64,000 bases of DNA, taken from NCBI GenBank assembly GCA_030390025.1, contig CM059438.1, forward strand, positions 67,520,001-67,584,000. Direction: 5' to 3'. This document shows positions 26,190 through 38,740 of this stretch, piece after piece (position 1 is the stretch's first letter; each line of letters begins with the position of its first letter). This stretch comes from Squalus acanthias. Lineage: Eukaryota. The translations under genes and the position numbers were made by a program. Under the pieces are notes generated by a model. It saw only the letters and a list, made by a program, of their open reading frames with translations. It did no database searches and was not told where the DNA came from.

Positions 26190-26720
26190 AACTTATCGAA
26201 GGAATGATATACTTGCCTTGGAGGCGGTGCAACGAAGGTTCACTAGATTGATTCCTGGGATTAGAGGGCTGACCTATGATGAGAGATTGCGTAGAATGGG
26301 CCTATACTCTCTGGAGTTCAGAAAAATGAGAGGTGATCTCATTGAAACATACAAGATTCTGAAGGGGATTGACAGGGTAGATGCTGAGAGGTTGTTTCCC
26401 CTGGCTGGAGTGTCTAGAACTAGGGGCATAGTCTCAGGATAAGGGGTAGGACATTTAAGACCAAAATGAGGAGGAATTTCTTCACTCAGAGGGTTGTGAA
26501 TCTTTGGAATTCCCTGCCCCAGAGGGCTGTGAATGCTGACTCTTTGAGTATATCCAAGACTAAGATATATAGATTTTTGGACTCTAGGGGAATCAAGGGA
26601 TATGGGGATCGGGCGGGAAAGTGGAGTTGAAGTCGAAGATCAGCCATGATCTTATTGAATGGTGGAGCAGGCTCGAGGGGCCGGATGGCCGACTCCTGCT
26701 CCTATTTCTTATGTTCTTAT
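26190..26720 (+). mobile_element. CR1 LINE 3' fragment
   Basis: DILALEAVQRRFTRLIPG...LYSLEFRKMRGDLIETYKILKG. Tail TTCTTATGTTCTTAT. Confidence 0.9.
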
Positions 26721-27104
26721 AATTACAGTCCAGCACAAAGCCAAACTTCGAAAAAATTCCAATGGTTCTCCTTTGTAAACTGAAAGGTTTGGGCAAAAAT
26801 TGGGCAAAGTTCATGTATAAATGCTTCATGTACTCGTCCTGCATTCCTCTCTGCAGTATTTTTACACAGGAGTGCACACATTTATTTTAAAGGGGTTAAC
26901 ACCGACATTAAATAGCACAGACAGGAATGTAGCAGCACGTGTGAACTTCACAAATTGAAATTTCTACCCTTAAATGTTTAATGTTCGCAGACAGCAGGTG
27001 ATTCCACCGACCTTTTCCCAAGATTAAAATTTAAATGGTGTTCAGATGCTGGCGAGCGAGCTCCACTATCTCTGTGCAGACTGCAACATGGGAGCCAACA
27101 AGAT

Positions 27105-28384
27105 GAGCTGAATTTTCCAGGGGTGGTAGCGGGCAAGATCGGTGGCGGGTCGGGAGGGAAAGTTGTTATTTTTGACAGAGGGTCGGGAACCCACTGACAT
27201 CTCGCTCCCACGCGCCTTTCCCCCAGGCGCGTCTGTCATCGCGGAGCTGACCCAAGCGGCAGCAGCGGGTGACCCAATTGAGATGATTATCAGGTAGTTT
27301 ACAGGCACTTAAGAGGCTTTTTTCACTTACTTTTTAAATTTCCCTGCATGGCCACGGGATTCACGCAGCTCGGGAACCACGTCTGTCAAAATTCCTGAAG
27401 GGATGTGAGTGCTGAAGGCTCCCCTCCTACCCTGGATGGTGAGGGAAATACATTTTTCACTGGCCATTCTCGGCTGTTGCCTTCCAACGCAACAGTAAAT
27501 TGAATTGATCTGCACTATAAAAAAAGATATATACCATTTAAATACATTTTTGTGTTGTTTCTGGTCACGTTTTTCTCACAGTATACTGTGATTGTCCAGT
27601 TACACATTAAATCAGGTCATCAACTGTAACAATTTCATTCTCATTTCTCATCCACTGGTTCAATTTGCTTTCAGTCCCTGAATATGACTAATTTAATTTT
27701 TCAATCTGAGACTTTAGAGTGAATTTCTGCGGAGGTTCTCTTACTTGCCCATTGTTAACTTCAACAGAATAGCTGCAGAAATGCCAGAAACACATTGTAA
27801 GCACCACTTACATTGTTTGTCGGGGATTCCGCAGCTCTTCCACTGAATTTGCCTAAGATTGTAAATCCACCCCTTTAAAATTACATTTAAAATCTGCTTT
27901 ACTTTATGTATTACCTCTACACACATATCTTTTATTTGTACCAGTTACTGATATAAAAGTCTATAGATTTGTGACTAAAGCACCAATAACTTCCCAATTA
28001 ATGTACTTTTTAAATTATGTTCTGGATCATATTTGTAGATGGCGTCATACTACTTAATGATAATATTATTTAAATATTTCTTTATCACTCTTCTATAACT
28101 TTTATTATATTATTGTGGAGTAAAGATTCAATGCCCACTTTGCTAGATTAAACTTCAAATGTAATGTGGCCATGGTCCCTTTAAAGGTCCCAGCTGAAAA
28201 CGTGTCATGAATGATGTCACCAGACCCACTCCATCTCATTGGGCCGGGTAACACGCTGGGTGGGCTTAATAGGCCCCATTAAGGTAAGCTCATTTTCAGC
28301 AGCAGGATGGAGCCAGCAGCGGGGTTGCAACTCGACATGGTCACAGCCCGCACCAGACCCACCCAGGTAGGCAAAATTCTGGCC
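27105..28384 (+). mobile_element. Harbinger-like element related to 31054-32806, with a non-homologous AT-rich interior
   Basis: TIRs GAGCTGAATTTT / AAAATTCTGGCC with TSD GAT/GAT. Ends align with 31054-31350 and 32585-32806. Confidence 0.65.
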
Positions 28385-28472
28385 GATAACTTCGGTCTCA
28401 GGCAGTTAATGGCACCTTTAAAAGAGAGAGGTCGCACAACACCAGGTTATAGTCCAACAGGTTTATTTTAAA

Positions 28473-28510
28473 TCACAAGCTTTCGGAGTTACAACTCCTT
28501 CGTCGGGTGA
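28473..28510 (-). ncRNA. Second, inverted copy of the hammerhead-like motif
   Basis: Exact reverse complement of 29865-29902. Confidence 0.65.
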
Positions 28511-28869
28511 AGTGAGGAGATACAGAATCGTCAAAGCATATATAGATAGAGAACAATGCATGTGTAACTTACAATTGCAGACAACTGAATTCAATCATCC
28601 TGACTGTTTATCTGCCGAGGTGTGATAAAGTTAATCAGGTCAGCCAGGAAGGTACCACATCAAAGACATAGCAAGATACAACTGAGACAATGAGGTGGAA
28701 TCGCATGGGGTCTAACGTGTCAAAAGCTGCCGTCTGTATGTAAAACGATTAACTTTAAAAATTTTACTTTTTTACTGGGAATCACATCTGTGAACAAGCC
28801 AACGATGACTCGAGTCCGGATCACGTCATGTATCGTGACATAAACCCAAGATCCCGATTGAGACCGTCT

Positions 28870-29416
28870 TCATGAGTGCGTAAACTTGGCTATCAGTTTC
28901 TGCTCGATGATTTTGCGTTGTCGTGTTTTCCTAAGGCCGCCTTGGAGAACGCTTACCTGCAGATCCAAGGCTGAATGTCCTTGACTGCTGAAGTGTTCCC
29001 CGACTGGGAGGTAACAATCCTGCCTGGCGATTGTTGCGCGGTGCTCGTTCATACGTTGTCTCAGTGTCTGCATGGTCTCGCCGATGTACCATGCCGCGGT
29101 GCATTCTTTCCTGCAACGTATGAGGTAGACAACGTTGGCCGAGTCACATGAGTATGTACCATGTACCTGGTGGGTAGTGTCCTCACGTGTGATGATGGTA
29201 TCTGTGTTGATGATCTGGCATGTCTTGCAGAGTTTGCCGTGGCAGGGTTGTGTGGTGTCGTGGTCGCTGTTATCCTGAAAGCTGGTTAATTTGCTGCGAA
29301 CGATGGTACTTCTGAGGTTAGGCGGCTGTTTGAAGGTAAGTAGTGGAGGCGTGGGGATGGCCTTAGCGAGGTGTTTGTCGTCATCGATGACATGTTGAAG
29401 GCTGCGAAGAACATGG
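28870..29416 (-). pseudogene. Penelope ORF C-terminus: Cys-containing linker and GIY-YIG endonuclease (5'-truncated)
   Basis: Reads KQPPNLR...PCHGKLCKTC...YSCDSANVVYLIRC...WYIGETMQTLRQRMNEH...VGEHF...RKIIEQKLIAKF. A 1-nt indel relative to the other arm lies near 28880. Confidence 0.9.
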
Positions 29417-29864
29417 AGAAACTACGTTCTCCAAGGCGGCCTTAGGAAAACACGACAACGCAAAATCATCGAGCAGAAACTGATAGCCAAGTTCCGCACT
29501 CATGAAGACGGTCTCAATCGGGATCATGGGTTTATGTCACGATACATGACGTGATCCGGACTCGAGTCGTCGTTGGCTTGTTCACAGATGTGATTCCCAG
29601 TAAAAAAGTAAAAATTTTAAAGTTAATCGTTTTACATACAGACGGCAGCTTTTGACACGTTAGACCCCATGCGATTCCACCTCATTGTCTCAGTTGTATC
29701 TTGCTATGTCTTTGATGTGGTACCTTCCTGGCTGACCTGATTAACTTTATCACACCTCAGCAGATAAACAGTCAGGATGATTGAATTCAGTTGTCTGCAA
29801 TTGTAAGTTACACATGCATTGTTCTCTATCTATATATGCTTTGACGATTCTGTATCTCCTCACT

Positions 29865-29902
29865 TCACCCGACGAAGGAGTTGTAACTCCGAAAGCTTGT
29901 GA
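29865..29902 (+). ncRNA. Minimal type-I hammerhead ribozyme-like motif in the pLTR (core variant CCGACGA)
   Basis: TCAC | CCGACGA | A | GGAGTT-GT-AACTCC | GAAA GCTT | GTGA. Stem I is TCAC/GTGA, stem II is a hairpin, and stem III is the palindromic AAGCTT. Confidence 0.65.
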
Positions 29903-30409
29903 TTTAAAATAAACCTGTTGGACTATAACCTGGTGTTGTGCGACCTCTCAATTTTGTCCACCCCAGTCCAACACCGGCATCTCCGCATCATGACCTTTAA
30001 AAGAGGCAGCGGTGCAGCTTTAAAACATCAGCACTGCCGCACTTTTCTGAAAGTTGGTTTGCCGACTGGATGAAAGCTTTCTTTGGTGAAATTGCATTGA
30101 AAATTAAATTTATAACTTTCATTCCTTCATGCTAATGTCAGCAGAAGCCATTATCGTATTTCTTCTGTCAGAATTTTAAAGTACCTTGGTCATGGTTGTG
30201 CAATTATCCAGGCATCATGCTCTGTAGATGCCGAGGCATTGATGCATTGGGCCCTTAGTTACTGACCCATTAAAAGCTGACGGTGGCTGGCTAGGGACAT
30301 CAGTAAAGAATGGAACTCAAGCTTGGCAGGTGAAAAGGTTTTGCAAGAAAGTTTGAATGTTGAAAAACAAATTACATTTTCTAAACCTGAATTTAAAAAA
30401 AAAATCATT

Positions 30410-30770
30410 CTCGGGTTATTGGCGTCACTCGCAAGGCCAGCATTTACTGCCTATCCCGAGTTGTCCTTGAGAAAGATGGTGGTGAACCGTCTTCTTGAAC
30501 CGATGCAGTCCATGTGGTGAAGGTCTCCCACAAAGATGTTAGGGAGGGAGTTCCAGATATTTGACTCAGCGACGATGAGGGAATGGCATTTTATGTCCAC
30601 GTTGGGATGGTGTGTGACTTGTCAAATTGTCAAATTTTGTCTGTAACGCTCCTATATAAATGCAAGTTGTTGTTGATAGGGAACTTGGAGGTGATGGTGT
30701 TCCCATGCACTTGCTGCCCTTATCCTTCCAGTTGATGGAGGTTGTGGGTTTGGGAGGTGCTGTCAAAGAA
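30410..30770 (-). mobile_element. CR1-clade LINE 3' fragment of the 33093-34020 family
   Basis: Reverse-complement similarity to 33730-34000. A short L2/SINE-type tail is embedded at ~30645-30675. Confidence 0.7.
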
Positions 30771-31053
30771 ATTATTTGATAGATAGTTTAAAATTTAAAC
30801 CATGTTGTTGAAAATGGTGCTTTCACATTGATACGGAGGCTAGAAAGACATAACTAGGATTTCTCCCTCTTTTATATCACTGGCAGACGCTGACAGTGCC
30901 TGACTTTGGGAGAAATCAAGAAATGCCTCAAGAAATAGTTTTCATGGGGCATTTCTGAGGAAGCAGCTGTCCTTGCAAAGATGTAAATTGCTGCCACAGG
31001 TTTTTCAGGCCCTGGGTAGACAGCTTAGCCTACCCATACAGGCCAGAAACATA

Positions 31054-32806
31054 GGCCAGAATTTTCCGGGGTGTCAGCAGGTGGGATCGGTGACTGGTCG
31101 GCTGGGAAAGTGTTTTTTTTTGACAGCAGGTCGGGAAACCGCTGTCAACCTGCCACAACGTGCCTTTCCCAATGTTGGGTCTGTCAGTGCTGAGCGGACC
31201 CAACAGGCAGCGGCATCCGACCCAATTAAACTAATTATAATGTACTCACCAGACAGTAAACAGGCTTTTTTCACTTACTTTTTAACTTTAACTTCATGGT
31301 CATGGGAACCACGCTGTTCGGTGACCACGTCTGTCAATCTGAGGCAGGAGTTCAGTGGTCATTGTTCCAGCTGAGTACTTGAAAGCTTCAAATGTACAGT
31401 AAAAGCTCCCATCTGACAGAGATCACTTTCCTCAGCCACAAGCTGTTCCTCACTGCATTTCCACAACAGATTCAGCATGCTGCAAGTCTTTCCACAAGTC
31501 TCCATCCAGTCTGATCCCATTACCTCTCTCACCATTGACAGATCGCTTCTGTCATCTTTACTTCAACTGACATCTATTCCATCAGCATGGTGCCATTTAT
31601 ACTGTCTCACCTTGGTCCTCATAATCTGACCACGATGAACCCCAACGCCAGCAGCACCAGGCACACCAGCAACACCAACAATAACAACACCAACCTTCTC
31701 CGCAATCACCTGATGCTGCACAGGACAGAGGGCATTGCACCCGAGCACATTGTTGCCCGGGAGGCCAGGGATGGCCACAGCATGGACAGATTTACTTAAT
31801 TTTACGCTGTATACCCTGGCTGTCACATGATGTGCCAGTTTGGCATCACCCCACACCAACAGCATAAAGCATCACTACAATGACCAAGCAATTCCTTTCA
31901 CACTCATCACCATTGTGGGGGGTACCGTTATGTCTCACCATTCACTGCAACTCACTAAGCCATTTCCAAAGGTGTACACCAAGTGTTGAAAATAAAGATT
32001 TCAGTGTTTGACAGCACATTAATAGAAACTTTACAAAAACATTGGATAAATCACCCAAGTGGCTACCCTTGTATATTGTTAGTTGATATGATTGCACCAG
32101 GATGAGGGTGAGTGTGAGGGGTGGCTAGTGAGATGGGGAAGTGATAATGTATATAGAGAGGGATGGGTGGAGGTGCAAGGTAAGTTGTTGTGAGTAAGGA
32201 TGTGCAGGAGTAGGGTAGGGAAGGCAGAATGATGAGGATGTGATGAGTGGCACAGCAGGATGAGCTTAAGTGTGGCTTTGTACTAACGCTTCGTGATCTA
32301 ATGAGATCATTGAAACATTGCGGCACTGCACCAAGGTCCTCCAGACCACATCCCTGCTTCTGCACTCCTGTGCAATGTGCAAGCAGGATGTTTTGGTCTC
32401 CTGCGGAGGTGTCTTCCACCCATGGGAAGGGAAGAGGACCTCCCTGCGTGCTCTGAATCCCTCCATAAGCATATGGAGGGAGTCATGGGAGAACATGGGT
32501 GCAGCCCTGCACCTCTGTGCAGTCATTGTCAGTGTTTGCAGCACTTCAGTGCTGTAGAACACTGACAGCACAAATGTCAAAAGAAAGTTGGCCATGGTCC
32601 CTTTAAGGAAATCGGCTGATGACGCGTCATGAATGACGTCACCAGACCCGCTTCCTCTAATTGGACCGGCAAACGCGCTGGGCGGGCTTAAAAAACCCCA
32701 TCAACGTAAATTCATTTTCCAGAGCGGAATGGAGCCAGCAGCAGAGCCGCGACCCACCGCCAACTTCGCCCACCCCGGACCCACCGAGGTGAGCAAAATC
32801 CAAGCC
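31054..32806. mobile_element. Internally deleted Harbinger element with convergent transposase 5' remnant (+) and Myb/SANT-like ORF remnant (-)
   Basis: TIRs GGCCAGAATTTT / AAAATCCAAGCC with TSD ATA/ATA. Confidence 0.85.
32266..32530 (-). pseudogene. Harbinger Myb/SANT-like (trihelix) DNA-binding protein remnant
   Basis: RAAPMFSHDSLHMLMEGFRARREVLFP...PPQETKTSCLHIAQE...RTLVQCR, then FNDL after a frameshift. Confidence 0.8.
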
Positions 32807-33092
32807 ATATTGTTTGGATTGCTGTCCAGTATAGACCTTGCTCAACATGCAAAAGTTGTTTGTTCATTGCCACTGGTGTGGTGTCAGTGTTACAATGCAA
32901 ATGGGGTGGATTTTAAAGCCTGGGAGCTCGGCACATTGCAGAAGCACTTCAAACGGACTCAGTTCAGCCGCATAAAGGTGGCAGTTTTCTGTGCTTGAAT
33001 TTTACAGGGAAATGGAATGGGAAGCCATTTATTTCCTGCAATTCTGTACTTGGATTGTGGCTTTTTTCAACTTAACTATAGTTTTATCTGCT

Positions 33093-34020
33093 AAAATGAC
33101 CTTCCCTCCATCATAAGGTCTGAAGTGGGGATGTTAGCTGATGATTGCACAGTGTTCAGTTCCATTCGCAACTTCTCATAATGACGCAGTCCATGCTCGA
33201 ATGCAGCGAGACCTGGATGACATTCAGGCTTGGGCTGATAAGTGGCAGGTAACATTCGCGCCACACAAGTGCCAGGCAATGACTACCTGCAACAAGCGAG
33301 AGTCTAATCACCACCACTTGACATTCAACGGCATTACCATCGCCGAATCCCCCACCATCAAGATCCTGGGGGTCACCATTGACCAGAAACTTAACTGGAC
33401 CAGCCACATAAATACTGTAGCTACAAGAGCAGGTCAGAGGCTGGGTATTCTGCGGCAAATGTCTCAACTCCTGACTCCCCAAAGCCTTTCCGCCATCTAC
33501 AAGGCACAAGTCAGGAGTGTGATGGAATACTCTCCACTTGCCTGGATGAGTGCAGCTCCAACAACACTCAAGAAGTTCGACACCATCCAGGACAAAGTAG
33601 CCCGCTTGATTGGCACCCCATCCACCACGTTAAACATTCACTCCCGGCGCACCATGGCTGCAGTTTCTACCATCTACAAGATGCACTGCAGCAACTTGCC
33701 AAAGCTTCTTCAGCAGCATCTCCCAAACCCGCGACCTCTACCACCTAGAAGAACAAGGGCAGCAGGATCATGGGAACACCACCACCTGCAAGTTTCCCTC
33801 CAAGTCATCCTGACTTAGAAGTATATTGCTGATCCTTCATCGTCGCTGGGTCAAAATCCTGGAACTCCCTCCCTAACAGCACTGTGGGAGTACCTTCACC
33901 ACACAGACTGCAGCGGTTCAAGAAGGTGGCTCACCACCACCTTCTCAAGGGCAATTAGGGATGGGAAATAAATGCTGGCCTTGCCAGCGATACCCACACC
34001 CCATGAATGAATATTAAAAA
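33093..34020 (+). mobile_element. CR1-clade LINE: RT C-terminus and 3' UTR (5'-truncated)
   Basis: NDLPSIIRSEVGMLADDCTVF (FADD-like), then WADKWQVTFAPHKCQ...ILGVTIDQKLNW...YKAQVRSVMEY. Tail CATGAATGAATATTAAAAA. Confidence 0.9.
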
Positions 34021-34267
34021 AAATCCAAGGAACTTTAACTGTGCTGGATGATAGTGATGGTAAGTCAGTTTGATATTTGTCAACTACATATAAAAGTGGC
34101 AACGGTGAAAATTAGGGATCTGAAGTATCAACAACCTCCACAGAAATTGTATAAACATAAACGTTGTACAAGTGCATAAACAGCAGAGCTGCCCATTACA
34201 GGTGACTGTTGCAGCAAAATGTTCCTGTGTACCTTTAAACACTTTGCTAGGGTACTTTTTCTGTCAA

Positions 34268-34440
34268 AAACTATAGCAACACTAACAATCGTTCGGCCCG
34301 ACTGCCTGCCTCTCTTTTGCGGCTATGTTGGTGCTCGGGTGTCCCTGGAGAAGGAGCACGTGGTGTCCGCCGCTACGCTTGAGGCTTTCCGCGAGCTGGA
34401 GTCGATCATCAACCCCCAGGATCAAGTTTTAATTTGATTT
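34268..34440 (+). mobile_element. Tx1-clade LINE 3' tip
   Basis: PDCLPLFCGYVGARVSLEKEHVVSAATLEAFRE resembles the Tx1 ORF2 C-terminus. Confidence 0.65.
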
Positions 34441-34517
34441 GTTAAGGTCATTTAAATTGATTTAATTTACAGTTAAATGTTGGTGCTCCTTTAAAAGGGG
34501 GTACCTGCATCCTCTTG

Positions 34518-35189
34518 GGGCTGGATTTTGATACTGGGGCCGGTTGGGGTCGTGTCATCTACTTTTCGTGTTATCCACCCGACTGCAATTGGATGTGGGA
34601 GATTGATGCGATTTTCACCTAATTGGGCAATTGAGTTCCAGCATGTGGGAACCCATGAACCAATTAGTGTTTTCAGTCGGAAAGTCGCCTCTGATGATGT
34701 CATCATTGCTGCTGCATTGAAGGTCTGCAAAGACTGCCTGGCCTTTGCTGTGAGAGGACCTGGATGCTAAATGAGCAGCAGCCCTAAGTCTGCTCCCAGA
34801 TATTTTTGCACCACCAATCCCAGATATGTCTCCCCTTCACCACCACTCTCAGATCAGTCAGCCGGCCAGCCAGCGTCAGCTATCCAAATGTGCTCCCGCC
34901 AGGTTTCACATTCGTGGTTCAGAACAGGGGTGTTTCACGTAGAAAAAGGGTTAAAATCACAAAGGCCTTTCAAAATGGCATTATAGAGGCAATTTAGTGC
35001 TTGTTAAGGGCCTTAACATTCTATCCCGCCTCTTAGAGGCGGGACGGAGTCGGGACCAGCAGACACGATTTAATGAAAATTGCGTGGAGGCGGGATGGAG
35101 GCGGGCTTGTGCCCGCCCGCCAGTTTTCGCAACTTTAACCCCCCACACACCTCCAAACCCACCTCCATCGGTCAATGAAAATCCAGCCC
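34518..35189 (+). mobile_element. Harbinger-like MITE (family C-related)
   Basis: Perfect 12-bp TIR GGGCTGGATTTT / AAAATCCAGCCC with TSD TTG/TTG. Confidence 0.88.
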
Positions 35190-36364
35190 TTGAAGTCGAT
35201 GACACTGTCACCAACACTGAATTAACATCAAAGAGTTTGCAACACTAAAAAAGTATATAACCATGGTAACTGTGCTGCCATCTTCTTAAATCTGTTTCTT
35301 TGTACCTTTCTGTGTCTTAACATCCAGTAGCAGAAAAATACTTTAAACTTGTGAATACTGGCACTGAGATTTTCTATATTGTAGGAGGTTTGAGAGCAGT
35401 TCTTGGGACTGTCGGGTTTACTTCAGCGAGGCTGCACAGATTGCCAAAGGTGAAATGAAAGTTGCTGAAATTTCCTTCTTTACACTTTGCTGCCCTAATG
35501 CAATGCAAGACTAAAGTAGCACCACTGATGAACTGACCAGCTCACTCAGGTTACACTGTGTATTCACTGAAATTCATACCATTGTGTGGATTATGCTGTG
35601 GATGAGAAGTTAATGCGACTACAATTGGCCCCAGTTTATCTAGGTGAGGGGCGGCAAACCTAGCCCTGAACTCTTATTGTGACGATAGGCTCCACAAACT
35701 AGTCTATTTACCTTGGACAAATGCGGGTGTTGAGGGGATATGATGGAGGTTTTAAAATGAGGAGGAGATTGGGCTCAGTTTGGTTGGACAGTTTATTTGA
35801 GTGGTTAGTTATGGTAGGACTAGAACACAAGCTTATAAGGGAATAAGGTTACGTGCCAGGATGTAATTCTGTGTATTTCTTATTATAGGAAGTCAACCCC
35901 TTTGGAACAGACTACCTGAGCATGTGTTGGGTATGGATTTGCTTCAGTCCTTTAAAATGAAGTTTGACAAGCTGCTGAGGGAAAAGGATATTTCAATTAC
36001 AGAGGGTAAATTGCAACCTAGCTGTGATCGTGAGATGTTCTGGCCTGCTGCAGTCTCTTAAAGACTTACTTAATTGCCTTAGAGAATGAGAGAATAATTT
36101 CACAGAGTTTATCCAAAATTGGCAGTGGGGTTTTACTCCATTTTGTTTTGATCTCTCCCAGTATATTACATGATTAAAGGGTGCTGTAAATGAACTGCAT
36201 GGTTGCACTGTCGTCTGGTTGGGAAGGCTTGATTGGCCTGTTGTTCTTTTCTCGCTTTTCCTTTCATATGGTCATGTGCAGTAACCAATGCAAAACGGGA
36301 CAAAATTAAATCCCTTCTTGTATGAGAAGTTATTTCCCAAAAGAAAAGAAAAGCAAATTCAGGA

Positions 36365-36600
36365 GAAACCTCTTTACCAGAGAGTGGTGAGGATGTGGAA
36401 CTCGCTACCACAGGGAGTGGTTGAGGTGACTAGCAGAGATGCATTCAAGGGGTAGCTGGATAAGCACATGAGGGAGAAGGGAATAGAAGGATATGTTGAT
36501 GGGATTAGAGGAAGAGGGTTGGAAGGAGGCTCGTGTAGAGCATAAACACCGGCTTGGACTTGTTGGGCCGAATGGCCTGTTTCTGTGCTGTAAATACCTT
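36365..36600 (+). mobile_element. CR1 3' end
   Basis: RVVRMWNSLPQGVVE-like coding tip, followed by the 3' UTR TGGGCCGAATGGCCTGTTTCTGTGCTGTA. Confidence 0.8.
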
Positions 36601-36734
36601 GTAAGACTTTGAAATTACTTGGTAACATTGTCCCTGCCACTAAATCCCATTCACATTTTACGAATAGGTAATGGTATGGCTCCAACTGTTCATAGTACAC
36701 CAAAAGGATGCAAATAAAGCCATTATAAAATCTT

Positions 36735-37320
36735 CTTCTCCTTCTTAGGCAGTCCCTCGGAACCGAGGATGACTTGCTTCCACATTAAAAATGAGTTCTC
36801 AGGTAACTGATGAGTCCAATGATGGGACCTACAGTCTCTGTCACAGGTGGGGCAGACGGTGGTTGAAGGGGCAGGTGGGTGGGTGCTTGGGTTGACGTGC
36901 GCTCCTTGCGCTGCTTGCGCTTGGCTTACGCTTGCTTCCGGTGAAGAGACTCGAGGTGTTCGGCGCCTTCCCCGGATGTTTCTCCTCCATTTTGTGCGGT
37001 CTTGGGCCAGGGATTCCCAGGTGTCGGTGGGGATGTTGCACTTTTTCAAGGTGGCTTTGAGGGTGTCCTTGAAGCGTTTCCTCTGCCCACCTGGGGATCT
37101 CTTGCCGTGCTGGAGCTCCGAGTAGAGCGCTTGTTTTGGGAGTCTCGTATCGGGCATGCGGACGATGTGGCCCGTCCATTGGAGCTGATCGAGCGTGGTC
37201 AAAGCTTCGATGCTGGGGATGTTGGTTGAGCGAGAACACTGACGTTGGTGCGCCAATCCTGCCAATGGATTTGCAGGATCTTGCGGAGGCAGCGTTGGTG
37301 GTACCTCTCCAGTGCTTTGA
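36735..37320 (-). mobile_element. RTE-clade LINE 3' fragment
   Basis: IPSIEAL...QLQWTGHIVRMPDTRLPKQALYSEL..GKRSPGGQRKRFKDTLK, C-terminal CPTCDRDC, and a (GAA)-type tail. Confidence 0.9.
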
Positions 37321-38214
37321 GATTATAAAATATTCAGTAAATTAAACCATTCTGTCGCACCTCATCTCAGGTATGATGTATCATCACCCCATGAAGTCAA
37401 TCCATAAATTGGCTGCTGATCAGCATTTATCACCTCCAGCATCAGACAGAATAAACATCAAATTCAATTCAATGCCTAAAACCTCAAGGCACGAAGGTGA
37501 TTTTTTACAAACTGGAGACAATTTGATGTGAGTTTCGAAACAAGCTTTATTTCTTGAAGTTTCGCACATGCCATTTACAATCTTTTAAAAACACTAGAAA
37601 TGAGATTGTGCACATTCTGAAGTCTGGTAATTGAGATTCAGAACAGATTCTGTGCACAGGGATACAACAAGTGTGCCACTGTACGTGGGCACGGGCCAGA
37701 AGACACTTCATTGCGAATGGGCCAGGAATAATCCAAATTCCGTTGTGCGCAGTCAGAAAATACGATTGTGTGCAGAGGCAGGATGGACGACATAGTATCC
37801 CACTTCCACAAGACGTACGAGCTAGCATATGGAACCACCAGGGATAGGCAAAATCTCACGTCATCTGTGCCTGAACTGAACTGGGAACAGATTGAAATCA
37901 ATTTGATGTTTTATTCAATTCAGCGCTCTGCCCAGACACCATTAACCCATCTTTGCTGAAAACACAGTGGAAGCATTCAATGCTACAAAATGTTCTCTTT
38001 CCATGGAATTAATCAATAACTCTTTTTAAGCAGATTGGTGGAGCATTTAGATAATGTAAAGTAGCATTTCATGCCAAAAGGACGATCAATATGGAACTAC
38101 AATATTGTTGTCAACTGACATATGGCAAGTGTATACCTAAAAAAAAATCTTTGTAATGATCTGGCTGGTCAGATGCCTGTTGACTACTTTTTCCTGTGTG
38201 AAAATTGTTAGCAT

Positions 38215-38740
38215 TTTTAATTGCTTTGCTGACCTGCGATGCTGCTTTTAATGATTTGTTCACCTGTATCCCTAGATCCCTTTGCTCTTCTACCCCATTC
38301 AGTTTCTTATTTTCTAAGGTGTAGGTGATGTTTCTATTTTTCCTACCAAAGTGCATCACCTCACACTTATCTATGTTAAAGTTCATTTGCCACTTAACTG
38401 CCCAGTCTGTTAGCTATAACCCCCCCAGTTTGGTATCATCTGCAAATTTTGATATTGAGTTACTTGTTCCTAAGCCCGAATCATTAATGTAAGTTATGAA
38501 TAACAGTGGTCCCAACACTGATCCTTGTGGAACACCACTTTCTACCTTCCGCCAATCTGAATGACTGCCCTTTACCCCTACTCTCTGCTTTCTATTTTTA
38601 GCCAATTTGCTATCCATTCAGCTATTTGTCCCTGACTCCACATGCCTTAAACTTTGTCATGAGCCTACCGTGTGGTACCTTATCGAAGACCTTTTGAAAA
38701 TCCAAGTATATGATATCTACTGTGTTACCCTTGTCTACTT
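38215..38740 (-). mobile_element. CR1 LINE RT-domain fragment
   Basis: SGVPQGSVLGPLLF..YIND...ISKFADDTKLGG and MNFNIDKCEVMHFG...EQRDLG. Confidence 0.9.

Larger units (their letters stand above)
28427..29992. mobile_element. Penelope-like retroelement insertion with inverted pLTR arrangement
   Basis: 13-bp TSD ACCTTTAAAAGAG (28414-28426 and 29993-30005). Inverted arms 28426-28951 and 29425-29949. 43-nt 3' extension at 29950-29992. Contains a GIY-YIG remnant. Confidence 0.92.

Noticed and set aside
35490..35700. Ancient LF-SINE-like relics (also ~14190-14390 and ~49600-49730)
   Set aside because: Only short motif resemblance from memory. A profile search would be needed.
37547..37959. Overlapping ORFs in non-repetitive DNA
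   Set aside because: No recognisable domain in any frame and no convincing paired splice sites.
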